NCBI RefSeq assembly: GCF_009834535.1
Contig: NC_045704.1
Coordinates: 16,864,001-16,928,000, forward strand
Reading direction: 5' to 3'
DNA from: Camelus ferus
Taxonomy: Eukaryota
Length of the DNA: 64,000 nucleotides
The stretch's first letter is position 1, and every line of letters begins with the position of its first letter. Under the pieces are notes generated by a model. The model was not told the DNA's origin. It saw nothing but the letters and a program-made list of their open reading frames with translations, and ran no database searches. Of the stretch, positions 11,550-22,040 are shown one piece after another. The position numbers and the translations under genes are program-made.

Positions 11550-13800
11550 CGGTGCTTCTTCTGGTTTGAATTAGGTTCCTTTTGCTCTCATTTGTCTAGT
11601 TTCCTGTGGTAGAAACTTAGATGATTGATTTGAGCACTTTACTCTTTCCTAATGTAAGCATTTTGTTGTGTAAATACCCCCTCTCAGCACTACGTAAGGT
11701 TCCATCCTACAAATGGTGGTGTTATTTAAAATTCATATTAATTATTTTATTTTTTATTCATATTAATTCTGTGTATTTTTTTAATTTCCTTTGAGACTTC
11801 CTCTCTGGCCCATAGATTATTTAGAAATATGTTGTTTACCTTCCAAGTGTTTTGGAGATTTTCCTGCTGTCTTTCTGTTACTGATTTCTAGTGTGGTCTA
11901 TTATTGCCAGAGATTTAAATTATTTTAAACTTGGTTAGGTTTTAGATATAACACTAAGCCTAAGCAACAGAAAAGGATGAATTGGACATTCCTTCTCTGG
12001 GCTATTCTTTAAGGATAGGTCAGCTAGCAACAAATTCTTGTAGTCTTCCTCCATCAGAGAATGTCCTGATTTCTCTTTCATTCCCAAAAGACAATTTTGC
12101 CAGCTATAAAATCCTTAGCTGACAGTCCTTTCTTTTCAACACTGAAAAATGTGCCACTCCTTCTGGCCTCCATGTTTTCAGATACAAAATCTACTGTCAT
12201 TTAAATTCGAGTTCCTTAAGAGGAAATGGGTAGTTTCTCTGGATTTTTGAAAGAAGTTTGCTATGTGTCTTAGTGTGAATTTCATTTAGGTTTATCCTAT
12301 TTTGAGTTTCACTCAGTTTCGTGAACCATTATTTCTTCAAATACTTTTTTGGGGGAGGGTGTAGCTCAAGTGGTAGAGTGCATGCTTAGCATGCACGAGG
12401 TCCTGGGTTCAATCCCCAGTAACTCCTCTAGGAATAAGTAAATAAGTAAACCTAATTACCCCCCCCCAAAAAAAAAAAACTTTTTCTGTCCATGTCCATG
12501 TTTTCTTTTGCTCTGCTTCTGGTACTAAAATGGTACCAAAGTTAGAGCCTTTTGTTTTTGCCCCACAGAGCTCTGGGACTCTGCTCATTTTCTTCCTGTC
12601 TATTTTCTCTCTATTTTTCAGTAGATTCTATTGATCTGTATTCAGGCTCATTGGTTCTATCTTTTACCATCCCCATTTTACTACTGAGTCCACCAATGCA
12701 GTTTATATTTATATATATGTGGAATATGGATGTATCAGTTACTGTATTTTTCAGTTTTATAATTTCCATTTAGTTCCTTTTTATAACATATTTTTCTGAT
12801 GTTTTCCATTTTTTCAAAGGAATTCATAATTGATTGTTGAAGTATTTCTTATGATGATTGCCTTATAAAATCTTTGTCAGATAATTCCAACATCTGATTC
12901 ATCTTGGAATTGGAGTCGGTTGATTGTCTTTTCTCACTCAAACTATGAGTTTCCTGTTGTTTGGTATGATGACTGGTGGTTTGGTTTGTTTTTTTCTTTG
13001 GCTTTTTTTTTTTTTTTTTTTGAATCTTGGACATTTTTGCTATTGTGTTAGCAGCCTTGATTGTATTTAAATCTTCAGTTTTAGCAAACAGTATCCCTGT
13101 TTCAGTTCAGCATGTAGATGGATGCTGGCCTACTTTCATGGGCTTTCATTCCCATGATGGTATAATCACAGAGCCTTTGCACTGCTGTCCTGGTCTACTT
13201 TGGTCTCTGGCACTACCATAGCTTCCGCTCAATCCCTGCCTGTTCTGTGCAGAGGTGGAAGGGGTTTCCTTTGGCTGCGTGTGGGCTACCTTTGGCCAGT
13301 GGGGAAGCGGGGGAGCAGAAGTTGTTGAGCCTGAGTTTCCTATGCTGATGGAAGGAGGGCAGAGAAACCCTTGTAGGTGGATCAAACCACTGCCAGTGAC
13401 CTGGTTGTCAAGTGGGGCCTGGGACTGTCTACCAGAGCTTCTTGCTGCAGCTGCTGCAAAGTCGATCACCATCCCGCAGGTGCCTCAGTTGTGGAGCGGA
13501 GGTTGAGGCTCCCCACTAGGTCTCTGTTAGGCTTCCCCCTTACCAGTCTTTTAGCCAAAGAGACAAGGCTTTGGGGGGTTTCCATCTATGTCTGTTGGCA
13601 GTTCCAAGTTGCAGGCTTCACCCACACCTATTCTCAGGCATTTGGGAGATAAAAAAGAAAAGCCAAAGAACTCACTACCTGTCTGCCTTCTTCTTTCCAG
13701 CTATCAGAATTCTGATGTCTATTGAACAATTCCCAGATATTTTGTTGTATTTGAAAAAGAGGAGCAGGGAAAAGTGAGTGTATTAGTGGGGGTGGGTTGG
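11550..13800 (-). mobile_element. Old LINE-1 fragments interrupted by a SINE; boundaries approximate
   Basis: T-rich antisense L1-like text (TTTCCTTGAGACTTCCTCT, TTCCAAGTGTTTGGAGATTTTCC, AATCTTTGTCAGATAATTCCAACATCTG). No intact ORF. Confidence 0.75.
12351..12480 (+). mobile_element. tRNA-derived SINE (camelid type)
   Basis: GGGGGAGGGTGTAGCTCAAGTGGTAGAGTGCATGCTTAGCATGCACGAGGTCCTGGGTTCAATCCCCAG, followed by the TAAACCTAATTACCCCC-A12 tail. Confidence 0.92.
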
Positions 13801-13851
13801 GGGCAAGAGGGAAGCAATCTTGTTCCAGAATGGGAAGCCTGGGTTATCTCT

Positions 13852-14350
13852 TCGTATTAATTTTCTATCACTGTTATAACAAATCACCACAAACTTAGCA
13901 GCTTAAACAGTGAAGTTTATTCTCTTACATTTTTCTGGAGGTCAAAATTCTGATAAAGGTCTCACTGGGCTAAAATCAAGGTGTCAACAGGGCTGTGTTC
14001 CTTTCCAAAAGCTCTAGGGGAGAACCGATAGCCCTGCCTTTTCTGACTTCCGGAGTCTGCCTGCATTCCTTGGCTGGTGGCCTCCTTCTTTCATCTTCAA
14101 AACCAGCAATGTAGTATCTGGCTGACCCTTCTTCCATCATCCTGTTTCCATCTGACCACAACCAGGAAGAGTTCACTGCTTGTAAGGACTCATGTGATTA
14201 GATCAGACCCACCTAGATAATCCAGCATCATCTCCACATCTCCAGGTCCTTAACCTAGTCAGATCTGCAAAGTCCTTCTTGCCCTGTAGAGTAACCTATT
14301 TACAGGTTCCAGGGACTAAGACATCACTGGGGAGTCATTATTCTTTGGAC
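13852..14350 (-). mobile_element. MaLR (MLT1-type) solo LTR
   Basis: GTATTAATTTTCTATCACTGTTATAACAAATCACCACAAACTTAG...GTAAGGACTCATGTGATTAGA...AGATCTGCAAAGTCC, near full-length MLT1 LTR pattern. Confidence 0.8.
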
Positions 14351-14659
14351 CACATTCCTAAACTACCTTTTGATGTTTCCGTAAGTGGATTTCATCAGTT
14401 CATTCCTTAAGGAAGATGTCTAATAGCATACATTTTTAAAAATGCCAAACCTCTGAGAACTCTGAGCCAGGAATAGTTCATCTAGTTACAGCTTTGTCTA
14501 AAGTACTCCAGAATGCCAGGCCCAGGGCTTTGCAAGGGGCTGCAGGATGGGAAGCAGGCAAGGATCGTTATAAGGCAGCAACTTGGGAAAACAAGTTTGG
14601 GGTGCTAATGCTGAGGGGTCCCCCCAAAAAGCTGTGGATACACACTCATATTAACAAGT

Positions 14660-14820
14660 CACTCTCGGTCTCCTCTTCTGAAAAATGAGGGAGATGATAA
14701 TAGTATTTACCCCTTGTTATCACTGTGAGAATTAAGAAAGGTAAAGTGCTCAGAGCAGTGCTGGGCACATAGTCAGGCTCAATATTTGTCAGTATCATTA
14801 CTGCTGTATTGTCGTTGTTA
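14660..14820 (-). mobile_element. MIR SINE relic, representative of many (others near 2000-2300, 4730-4800, 19200-19350, 23660-23830, 39550-39720, 45940-46200, 48010-48200, 52390-52570, 55560-55830)
   Basis: MIR core motifs such as CTCAGTTTCCTCATCTGTAAAATGGG(G)ATAATAGTA and GAGGAAACTGAGGC recur at these positions. Confidence 0.6.
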
Positions 14821-14924
14821 CTCGTCCCCATGTGATTCCAGGTCTAAAGAATTAAGTTTCCCCCTTTCCACCTCCGAAGGAACACCTTTAGGCTGATATC
14901 ACCCCATTCTGATATTTTTCTCTT

Positions 14925-15074
14925 GATTTTTTTAATATTTTTTATTGTTTTTTAAATTTTGCTTTTGGGGGGATGTAATTAGGTTTATTTATTTTTAATG
15001 GAGGTACTGGGGATAGAACCCAGGACCTCATGCATGCTAAGCTTGTATTCTACCACTTGAGCTATATCCTCCCC
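14925..15074 (-). mobile_element. tRNA-derived SINE (camelid type)
   Basis: Reverse complement reads GGGGAGGATATAGCTCAAGTGGTAGAATACAAGCTTAGCATGCATGAGGTCCTGGGTTCTATCCCCAGTACCTCC plus the family tail. Confidence 0.9.
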
Positions 15075-15486
15075 ACCAATCCCCAAGGCCTTCATCTTAA
15101 AGGGGAGGAAATGGAGGCCCAGAAAACAGGAGAGATTTGGCCAGGATCTCTAAGTCAGTGGCATAACCCAGGCTAGAGCTCAGGTCTCCAGCAGGAGGAG
15201 TAGAAGGGGAATGTTTGGGTTCTTCTTGGATGCTGGGCATGACACTGTCACTTGGCCAGTGATCCTCGTCCCCAGCTCCCTGCCCCCTTCACCACAAGCA
15301 CTGCCCATTGCCCTTCTCCCACCCCACCCCCTGCCCCCACCTCCCTGGACATGCCTCGCCCTCCTCAGATGTGTCACACCTCCATAACCCTCATGGACCA
15401 CAGGACAAAGTAGGAAGGCAACTCTATTATAACTTTATTTGGCTACATGAAAGGGGTATGGGTGCTTGTCTTGTCCAGTTGGATAG

Positions 15487-17167
15487 TCAGTCCCTGAAGG
15501 CAAGCAGGAGCCCTAAGAGGATGCCCCAAGCAGGACTCCGACTAGAGGGCTCCGCACCAGCAGGCTGGACCCTTTCTAAGATGTTGATGACCTCAGTCAC
15601 TCTGATGCTCCCAATATGGTGAAGATCTGCTAAAGCTCTGGTATGTTCACGAGTACAGCCCATGAGGAGGAAGGTGGTATTGAGGGAACCTGTAAGGAAG
15701 AGGAGGAGGAGTGAGGGACACTTTCAAGATTCAAATGCCCTCCTCTTCCCAGACACCCCTCACAAACTAGGACACCCACGCTCCCAGCAAAGACTTGGGC
15801 ACCAGTCACCTTCCCCCCTCCTCCATGGAATGATGTGCTGCAACCCCAATGCCCTGTCCAAATTCCACCTGCCTCCCTCAAGGCTGGGAAGGCACCAGAC
15901 TGCACCTAGCACAGAGTAGGCTTTTCAGAAAGAACATTTCTTTCCTCTCACCTGCCTGAAATTTTAAGGTGGAACTGTAACACTTGGTGGCGTCCCTGGG
16001 GCAAGGCTCAGTGTTGACAAAATTTGGGAGGCAACTCTTAGAGTGCTCGCCCACACAAGTTGGGCAGCCATGGGAAGAAAATGCTAAAGTCTTGGGGGTA
16101 TTGGCCTCAAGTTTCACAAAAGAATCCATGTTGGTGAGGTTATTGCAGAGATACTTCCGGCAGATGCGGCTGTAGGAGGCAATGGACAATCCGGGCGGTG
16201 AAACAAGATAGGAGACTTGCGCAGGGGTAAGATGAGGCTGGGCTGCAGCCTTTAAAACCCACAACTCCCTTTCTGGTCCCTGAGAAGCAGAAGATGAGAG
16301 AGCTCTGATCAGTGTCGCTGACCACACCTGGTCCAACCTCCCAACCTCCCCCTCCACCCTGCTCCTCCTGCTCACTCTGCTCTGTCACCAACTTTGCCTC
16401 CCCTCCCCCAGTGTCCATCCCCTGCAGAGACACAGGGCCCAGATCCCCAGGTCTCCAGCTGTCTCTCCTCACTCCTCACCCCACAGGAGCCCCTCTGCTC
16501 CTCTCTCCCTTGTGTCCCAGACTTTTCTTCTCTCCCAGAGTTCCCCCCTTCTCCTGGGTTCTGCCCTCTTATCCAGCCCCCATCACAACCAGCTGGGTTG
16601 GTATCTTGATGTTGTCCCCAAAGATATAACAGGGTAAATAACTGGAACTCAAGTCCAGGGCCCCTGGGTGCTGGCAATGAAGGTGGGGGTCAAAAGAGCA
16701 AGCGAAACAAAAAAATGAGCACAGTCACTCCCCTTCACCTGTCTCGATGAACACCAACGTCTCCTCACAGCCCTCGCTCAGCCTACACACCGCACTCCTC
16801 ATCAGAAGCCACCTCCAGTTATGGAGACTAACAGCTCTGAAGAGTGAGGCTGTTGCTTCATAGCACAGAAGAGCTCGAGCCCCTAAAGAGAGAATGTTAT
16901 TCCAGTCATCTGCCCCTCACATTGCCTTCTCAGCCCCTGAACTGCCCATCAAGAGCTCAGCCTCCACAGATCCCGCCCCCGAGGAACCTAGATATCCAGC
17001 TTTCCTTCCCGCCAGTGACATGAATCCAGCACCCCGCCCTCCACCCCCACCCCCATCCCCACCAACAGGGTCCTTAAGCATCCAGCCCCTCAGGACATAC
17101 GAGGCAGAGTAGAGATGGCCCCTAGGAGACAGAGCAGCTGCACAGGGCTCAGATGCTGGGGTCCCAT
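15487..17167 (-). CDS. LYPD4: LY6/PLAUR domain-containing protein 4 (sperm GPI-type LU-domain protein); +1 frameshift in coding exon 3 in this sequence
   Basis: Coding exons (minus) 17167-17101 (MGPQHLSPVQLLCLLGAISTLP), 16882-16739 (RARALLCYEATASLFRAVSLHNW...), 16279-15952 (328 nt) and 15689-15487 (...AWGILLGLLLAFRD*). Total 742 nt, which is 1 more than a multiple of 3. Minus-strand AATAAA at 15434-15439. Confidence 0.93.
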
Positions 17168-17499
17168 GTCCTGTGCCTGGGTCCTCAATGCTGAGATCAG
17201 TCTAGAACCAACTTCAGTCTAGGTCTCAAGCTCGGTTCTTGTCAGTCCCTGAATTCGCTGTCCACCTGCCTCTGGGTCACTGTTTCTGGAGCAGAAAGCT
17301 GATTGTCAGTTTCTGTGACATAGACTCCCTGAGACCTTCAGGGACACAGGTCTTCCCATCTCCAAAGTCACCCTCCAACCTAACCCAAATACCATGTTAG
17401 CTTCTCAAGTAATGACTTTCTCTCTCCTGCTTAGGTCCTGCCACTGAACATGGGGCTGGCTTATTCAAAGGATCACTATTATACAGGCTGTTCTCTATC

Positions 17500-19150
17500 C
17501 AGAGACAATGAGACCAGAACAACAAATGTGTGTGTGGAAGTTAACTGACATATTACTAAATAACTCTTGATTTGAAAAAAAAATTTTAAAGTATTTAGAA
17601 CTGAATAATAGCAAACATACTACATTTCACACACACACACACACAAGTGTATGTAAAATCTGGTGAAAACTGAATAAGAGCTGTAATTTAGTTAAGTTTA
17701 GTTACAATGTCAATTTCCTGCTTATTACAGCTATACAGAATGGCCCCATGCGGGACCAGAGGAAGGATTTAAGGGACTCTGTGAACAATTTTTGCAACTT
17801 CTTGTGAGCCAATAATAATTTCAAAATCAAAAGTTTTTTTTAAACTACATGTCAAAATTTGAGAAACAACTAGATCAGTATTTAGATGTAAGTCTAATTT
17901 AAACACATTTATCAGAAGCATTAAAATGTTTATGAGTTAACTCAAGAAGTTATATAAGGAGCAACAAAGCATCCCCCCCAAAAAGGGGGGGGTATAAATA
18001 AAAATAATGGCAGAAATCGATGAAATAGAAAAACAACAAAAAATTACAAAAAGCTAACATTCATTCTTTGACAAGATTATTGAGATAATTCTCCAGCAAA
18101 TCTAATCAAGAGGGAAAAAAGTGAAGATGCAAATAAAATACAAAGTGAAAAATAGGAATTAACAGACATCATATGTTCTAAAAGTAATAAAAGTATCATT
18201 AACAACTCTACATTTATAAATTTGTAAATCCAGATGAAGTGGATAAATTTCTAAAATATATGAAATGCCAAAGTTGGCATAAGAAGAGCATATGCAATGT
18301 CTTAAACCAATGAAAATGGCCAAGGATCTCAGGCAAATTGACAAGAAAAAAGGGATCAAGCCCAGTAGGGAAATGGGCCAAGCGTGTGAAGAGGGACTTC
18401 TCAGAAGAGCAAACCAGAAAGGCTAACAAGCATGTGAAGAGACACTGGCGCTCAACAATAATCAGAGAAATGCAATATATCCCAACGTACAGCCCTCAGA
18501 CTGGTGAGGACTCAGAAAGCTGGAAGAATACAAGCACTGGTAGGACTGCGGGGCTAGAGACCCCCGTGCACTGCTGCTCATGGGAGTAGTTGGGGCGGGG
18601 GATAGGGTCCTCTCCTGCCCCTGAAGAATGGGGGAGTTGAGAGTTCGGATCAATGTCACAGGCCCAAAGTATCATTCATCGTATGGAGGAGTCTGGCAAT
18701 ACTTAGTCAAATTAGGTTTACAAATAGCCATTTCTGATCATCCGAGGTACACAGAGCAGCAATTTCCACCTTCAACTACAAAGGAACACATATGAGGATG
18801 CAACATTGTTGTGGTGACAGTGAGCTGAAGGCAACGGGAGACCTAGTAAACACCCAGCACGCAGGGGTTGTACACCAGCGAACAGCATGCAGCGCTTAGA
18901 AACAACTGGTTAGATGTAGGCATCACGTGCACATGCATGGACATCAAGGCACAGTGCTGATTATTTTAAATAGTAAATAACACTATCACTTGCATAAATT
19001 AAAACCTCATGGACATAAAACACTGCACATCTCGCAAGAACACACACAAACCAAAGATATGCATCACCCACCTGAAATGAGTACCTATGGGACAGTTAGG
19101 GAATAAAAATTGGGAATTGAGGATTACTGGAAAGAAATAAAACATTGTAG
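17500..19150 (+). mobile_element. Several old LINE-1 fragments (ORF2 and 3'-end, L1M/L1ME-like) in the LYPD4 5'UTR intron; boundaries approximate
   Basis: A-rich L1-like motifs (GAAATCGATGAAATAGAAAA, AAATGGGCCAAG...GAAGAGGGACTTCTCAGAAGAG...AATAATCAGAGAAATGCAA). (CA)n at about 17627-17645. Confidence 0.65.
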
Positions 19151-20559
19151 GTGATACAAATTCATAGGCTTTGGACTCAAAGGTAGATCAAGGTTGAAAA
19201 CTTTACCCCTCCACTTACTAGCTGTGCAATCTTGTGCATCATATTGAACTCATTTATAAAATGTATTAATAACACATTTCATAGAGTCACTGTTGAATAT
19301 TAAAAAGATTATTAGTATGAAGTGCCAGGCAAGTTCTAAGCTCTCCAAAAATGTTGGTTCCCCTATCTCTCCAGTATCTAAAGGATCAAGGTTAACCTCT
19401 TTGCTGGCATTCAAGCCTCACATACACCCCCACCCTCCACCCCTAGATTGGCCCCAAACAACCTTGCCAACTGTTCAGTACTGCTCCCTTGTGCAGCAGT
19501 CCAGCTAGAGGTCGCTTCTGCCACACTTTTCTGTCCAGAATGCCTGGCACACAGGCTCCGTAACCAAGAAATCTGTGGCAAACTAAGAGGCCGAGATTTG
19601 CAGAAAAGATGGGACACAGAAAGGGGGAATGAAGGCTGATGAAGGATCACACAAAGGCTTTGGGCCGAGAAGATGGCCCACACCAGCCCAGACCGCAAAA
19701 CGACAGGACCCAACAATCTGAGCACAAACAGGGACACAACCAGAAGAGTGCGATGAAATCCCCAAGGAAAAAAGGACAGAGCAGTGGTCAGAGGAGATGC
19801 TACACCTACAAAAGTGAAACCACAGAAAGAAAGAAGAGCAAACTGATAGAACGGAAATCTGCAGGAAGACAGAGGAGGAGCAGCAGAGAGCTCACAATTG
19901 GGAGTGGCAGAAAAGTGAGGAGCTGGGCACAAAGACCGGGTTCTCAGGGAAAAGAGGAGACAATCTTAGAGGCTGAAAGACAGAAAAGGAGACAGGGCGA
20001 GATGTAGAGAAAAGGGGACAACACAGGATGGCAGGGAAAGTGTGAAATGGATCTAATAGAGGGGCATGGAGAAGGCTAATTACAGAGTGGAGCCCTGAGA
20101 ATGGCGTGAAATCGGGAGGAAGATGAACACAGAGGGTGGAAACGGCTAAGACAACAGGAAAACTACAGAGCGTCTCAGGAATGGAAGAAAGGCGGAAAGG
20201 GGGCCAGGCTATGAGGGAATGAGAGACGAAGAGAAAGGGGGTTGGAAAATCAGCAGGATGGACAGGCAGAGTCTCTGAGAGAAGGAAAAGTCAAATTTAG
20301 CAAAATCAGCACCGACACGGACACGGATGACAAGACACAAGGAAAGGGGTGCAAGCTGAGAAGGTGGGACTCGGGAAGGAAACGGGGATAGCGCAGGATG
20401 GGGAGCACAAAAGGAGAAGGGTCGATCGGGAGCTGGGACACCGGGAGAGAAATGAGAGAAAACAGGCGTTCACGCAGCGACGAGGACTCCCACCCCCACC
20501 GAGAGCGGAATCAAGACCAAAGGCTGAAGACACGCAGCCCTGCAGTGTAGGCGGGAGAG

Positions 20560-20990
20560 CGAGACTGCGCGTGCGCGAGTGGATCCCGGTCAACGCCGGA
20601 TAGCCGTTCCTGGGGGGAAGGGCCAGACTTGTCCTAGAAGCCGTATTCGACGCCCCATTGGCCACCTCCCTCAAAAGGCGAAGAACAATCTGGAAAGGCA
20701 AATCACACGGGGAGGAAGAAAGGGCATAAGATTCAACTCGACGCGCTATTGGCTGGTCTGATAGTCCAGCGCGAGGAGAAGTGGGCCAGAGGTAAGGGGC
20801 GGGCTGTCAGTGCAGGATTTTGAAGCGCATTGGCCGCTAGCCTGGCAGCAGGAGGCGGCGCTTAAAGTTCATTGGTTCTTGTGAGAAGGGGCGGGAAAAG
20901 TGTCGCGAGTGCGGCGGTTTCTAACGCCACAGGCTCATTGCCACCTTTCGCCTCTTCTTGACTGAGTCTGACTCCGCTGGAGGCTGTGGT
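20560..20990. promoter_or_regulatory. CpG-rich head-to-head promoter region between LYPD4 (-) and DMRTC2 (+)
   Basis: CpG-rich. ATTGG (CCAAT) at 20657, 20748, 20829 and 20871; GC boxes at 20796-20803 and 20888-20895; TTTGAA at 20819-20824. It lies between two divergently oriented testis genes. Confidence 0.7.
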
Positions 20991-22040
20991 AACCGCGGGC
21001 AGACGACGCAAACACGACCCCTCCCCTCCCTGTCCCTTCCCCTCCCTCTCTTGCGCTGGATCCGGGCCCGAAGCAACCGCTTGCCTCCCTCTAGAGCCCC
21101 TGGCGCCCCCTTCCACCTCCGCCACCCCGCGGCCCCCCAGCGCGCTCCCCGAGCCCCGCCCCCTCCCTGGGACCCTGGCGCGGGGCGGGGCCGCGGGCCC
21201 AGCGTTTATGGGGACAGCGGCAGAAGAGGGTGCACGCGAGGAACAGCTGCGTGGGGAGGTGGGGCGGGCGAGGCGTGAGGCCAGTTGTTGCGTGTGGGGA
21301 TAGGCTCGTGAAGGCCGGGCGCAGCGGCTGCACGAGCTTGCCCTTGTTTGGAAGGCATGTGGTGCAAGAGAGGAATTCGGGCCGCAGGGAGAGGACTAGG
21401 GTCCATATCAGGGCCTGGCACATGGAAGCGGCTCAGTAAACCTTTGCTGAGTGAATGAAAATAATTCTTGAAAGTGGGGGAAAGGATCTATGAAAATAAT
21501 GTAATTACTGGGATACAAGGGAGTGATCTGATTAAAAGAGGTGCTGGGAGAAATTGAATTGCAGCTCATACATAAGGCTAAGAGTTGAAAGGTGAGCATA
21601 AAAATATGTGTAGAAATTGGATAAATGCAGGAGGGAAGGATGATCCCTGTTGAAGAGGACACCAGGGAAACTGCTAGAATGGGGTGTCGGTGGAAAGCGG
21701 GTGTAAACTGTTGAAGGGGGCACGAGAGTACGGAAGTATGCCTAAAACTGGGATTTGAGCTTGGGAGGATACAGGTGAGCAGAGGAGAATAATGTTTGGG
21801 TTGAAAGAGCCTTAAGAAAGGAAAAAGGAGAGAGGTTCTTGGGAAGGAAGAGTGCCTGGGAAGAAGGATGCCCGAGGAGGAGTGAAAAAGGGAGAAAGCC
21901 AGGGGAGAATGAGGGTGAAAGCTGAGTCCGGGGGTGGGCACAATGGAAAACCCTTCCGGTGTGGCCTCTCAGAGACAGGAGGGCTGGTCAGGAGAGGGCC
22001 CATGTGGCCATCCTGACCCACCACTCCTGCCCCTAGATCC

